In this document: one piece after another, positions 63,601 through 64,000 of the stretch
Position numbering within the stretch: the stretch's first letter is position 1
Layout of the letters: each line of letters starts with the position of its first letter
Source: Fimbriiglobus sp.
Lineage (GTDB): Bacteria; Planctomycetota; Planctomycetia; Gemmatales; Gemmataceae
Length of the DNA stretch: 64,000 nt
Direction of reading: 5' to 3'
Assembly (NCBI GenBank): GCA_051659845.1
Contig: JBOFPH010000075.1
Coordinates: forward strand, 97,994 to 161,993
Program-made: the position numbers and the translations under genes
Notes under the pieces: model-generated
The model's database searches: none
What the model was told of the DNA's origin: nothing
The model's input: only the letters and a program-made list of their open reading frames with translations

Positions 63601-64000
63601 GCCGATTCGCCACGCCGTTGGTGGCAGGTGGCGAGCAACAGGTTCGCTTGATTCTCCAGGCCCGGCATGGTCGCGGAATCGCTTCGCAACACCTGCAAAA
63701 GTTCGATCGCTTCCGCCCATTTGCCAGCACGCATCAACAGCCGCGAACGCAGGTATTTGATCTGCATTTTCGCCGCGGCAGTGGGCTTCGCTTCGAGCTT
63801 CTTGACGATCTCTTCCGTGCGGTTCGTGTCGCCGAGTTGGACGAGCAAATCCGCGAGTGGGACCATTAATTCGCTGTTCTCGCGGATGTGGTTCATCCCC
63901 TCTTCGAGGACTGCCACCGCTGCGCCGATGTTGCCCATGTTGAGGTCGAGCCAGGCCAAGCTGCGGATCATTCGCATCTCACCTGGGTACAGCTTCAGCC
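60618..64000 (-). CDS. Very large TPR-repeat protein, N-terminus runs beyond the window end
   Basis: More than 1119 aa of tandem TPR-like helical pairs (…EALKVLLNKDPNQLTARVGLAQSYLNTGR…). The reading frame is still open at nt 64000. Confidence 0.7.
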   Translation of the reverse strand, partial: LKLYPGEMRMIRSLAWLDLNMGNIGAAVAVLEEGMNHIRENSELMVPLADLLVQLGDTNRTEEIVKKLEAKPTAAAKMQIKYLRSRLLMRAGKWAEAIELLQVLRSDSATMPGLENQANLLLATCHQRRGESAEEQETLKVLLNKDPNQLTARVGLAQSYLNTGRTTEAISEYEQAVKSPYATPQIHTSLLRLKMLEYQRNGARANEWAQLDRIAQELAKLTSNVSSEPTILQAELFEARGELKQAIAVLRNEASRRPGDVRLWVALADRVAKFAGVNTASTILDEAQAAAGDGPDIRLARADLAARDPAKLRPIEGLSQQIDAWPDNDQIRFLYGLVEVLDRMGDDAAVLRTYKKLLERRPNDLTLWETAADRAIRAGDSTMSQQALAQLGTLDTTGKSVALVRGWQTVQAQNDAEVATRLAELHKAYGDFPDRADVCILRAKLALLRKDINGAQPNFERAVRLEPTRFTPMLAYLKFVAMYKSEDATTGLVQRLASDHRWAGEPFRRVLRQASTDATMAKKILTPAWAYCERESGGIAWLGETYRAVGLTTEANECETKSVELATATADDWLRYALRQPQTSESIWAKSKTKLPQPLWISAMASFSETPGGKGFNPPLVEASERKLFIQARLNIKLARFERNEAIAMLDDFLLTSQLEAGDAAWARRNLAMLLAVRGNPRDRQRAVEMLTKSAENAGSTPDEKRSTAAVLTSLSRYLDGDSRRLVIGQAVKTLESLVAETRSPRDAYLLAQVQRSSGNRKACVDVLNQLLQADPKNLDYHIMALEELTDMAQVGAAEPFAQRLLALYPTDYRALRTVAVYECKAGRADRGLSLAESYARTADASAGDLPAKSARVAELLDELARLPQVRKTPLASRMIAAATERYESLIHSRPEALVAAAGLMGLDGRHADAIRLVEKYTTRVSASTRAAAGLALLRTAGASERQFATVQEWMQAARAADSNSLATKLNEGEFYTLKQDYAKAQAVFEAVLQHEPRNVVALNNLAWILSPRPESAAKALELVDRAVAEAGLTPELLDTRARIRIAAKQFDLAERDLVEALTQEKTGLRMFHLALAKKGQPEGKAAEVKGAFKQAQDRGLEPGGVHPMDLPQYRAFEAESPKGPS

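Overview
This is a 64-kb, high-GC (~60%) chromosomal segment that looks like it comes from a Planctomycetota-type genome; that placement is inference from gene content. Supporting cues: many FHA-domain and Ser/Thr-kinase signalling genes, a sulfatase, large secreted TPR/vWA proteins, and an ECF sigma factor with a long C-terminal extension. I call about 55 protein-coding genes, densely packed on both strands, and find no rRNA, tRNA, CRISPR array or obvious mobile element.

Recognisable housekeeping genes:
- YhaM-like OB/HD exoribonuclease, ispE and spoVG (apparent operon), trpD, hpnD-like squalene/phytoene synthase.
- prfB with the canonical CUU UGA C +1 programmed frameshift.
- rbs-like sugar ABC transporter (substrate-binding protein, ATPase, permease).
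- HU, mutS, an RsbV/RsbW-like partner-switching pair, quinone oxidoreductase, flavin reductase, GNAT acetyltransferase, xerC/D-like recombinase, nusB, PHP phosphoesterase, kdsA, pheT, YceH/DUF480, a receiver-GGDEF diguanylate cyclase.

Lineage-specific or unusual items:
- a 1,300-aa membrane-tethered ECF sigma factor whose extracytoplasmic part is a tandem duplication of a ~410-aa three-domain module;
- a SpoVG carrying an inserted Cys4 zinc ribbon and an acidic C-terminal tail;
- a tight FHA / DUF2256-like zinc-ribbon / P1B-type ATPase cluster in which the ATPase is translationally fused to an HflK-like SPFH domain;
- a 1,518-aa secreted vWA protein with a secretin-N/STN-like segment and a (GGLGxG)n tandem repeat;
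- a pair of secreted Cys/Gly- and Tyr/Pro-rich small proteins followed by two abutting convergent FHA genes;
- two intergenic palindromic arrays of 9-bp CAGGAT-type repeats;
- a shared GTGAGGTATAAT promoter-like 12-mer upstream of two genes.

I found no canonical defence island. The ATPase::SPFH cluster and the duplicated ECF-sigma sensor are the best candidates for undescribed biology. All domain calls come from reading the motifs by eye. Coordinates of small elements (repeats, hairpins) are hand-counted and may be off by a base or two.
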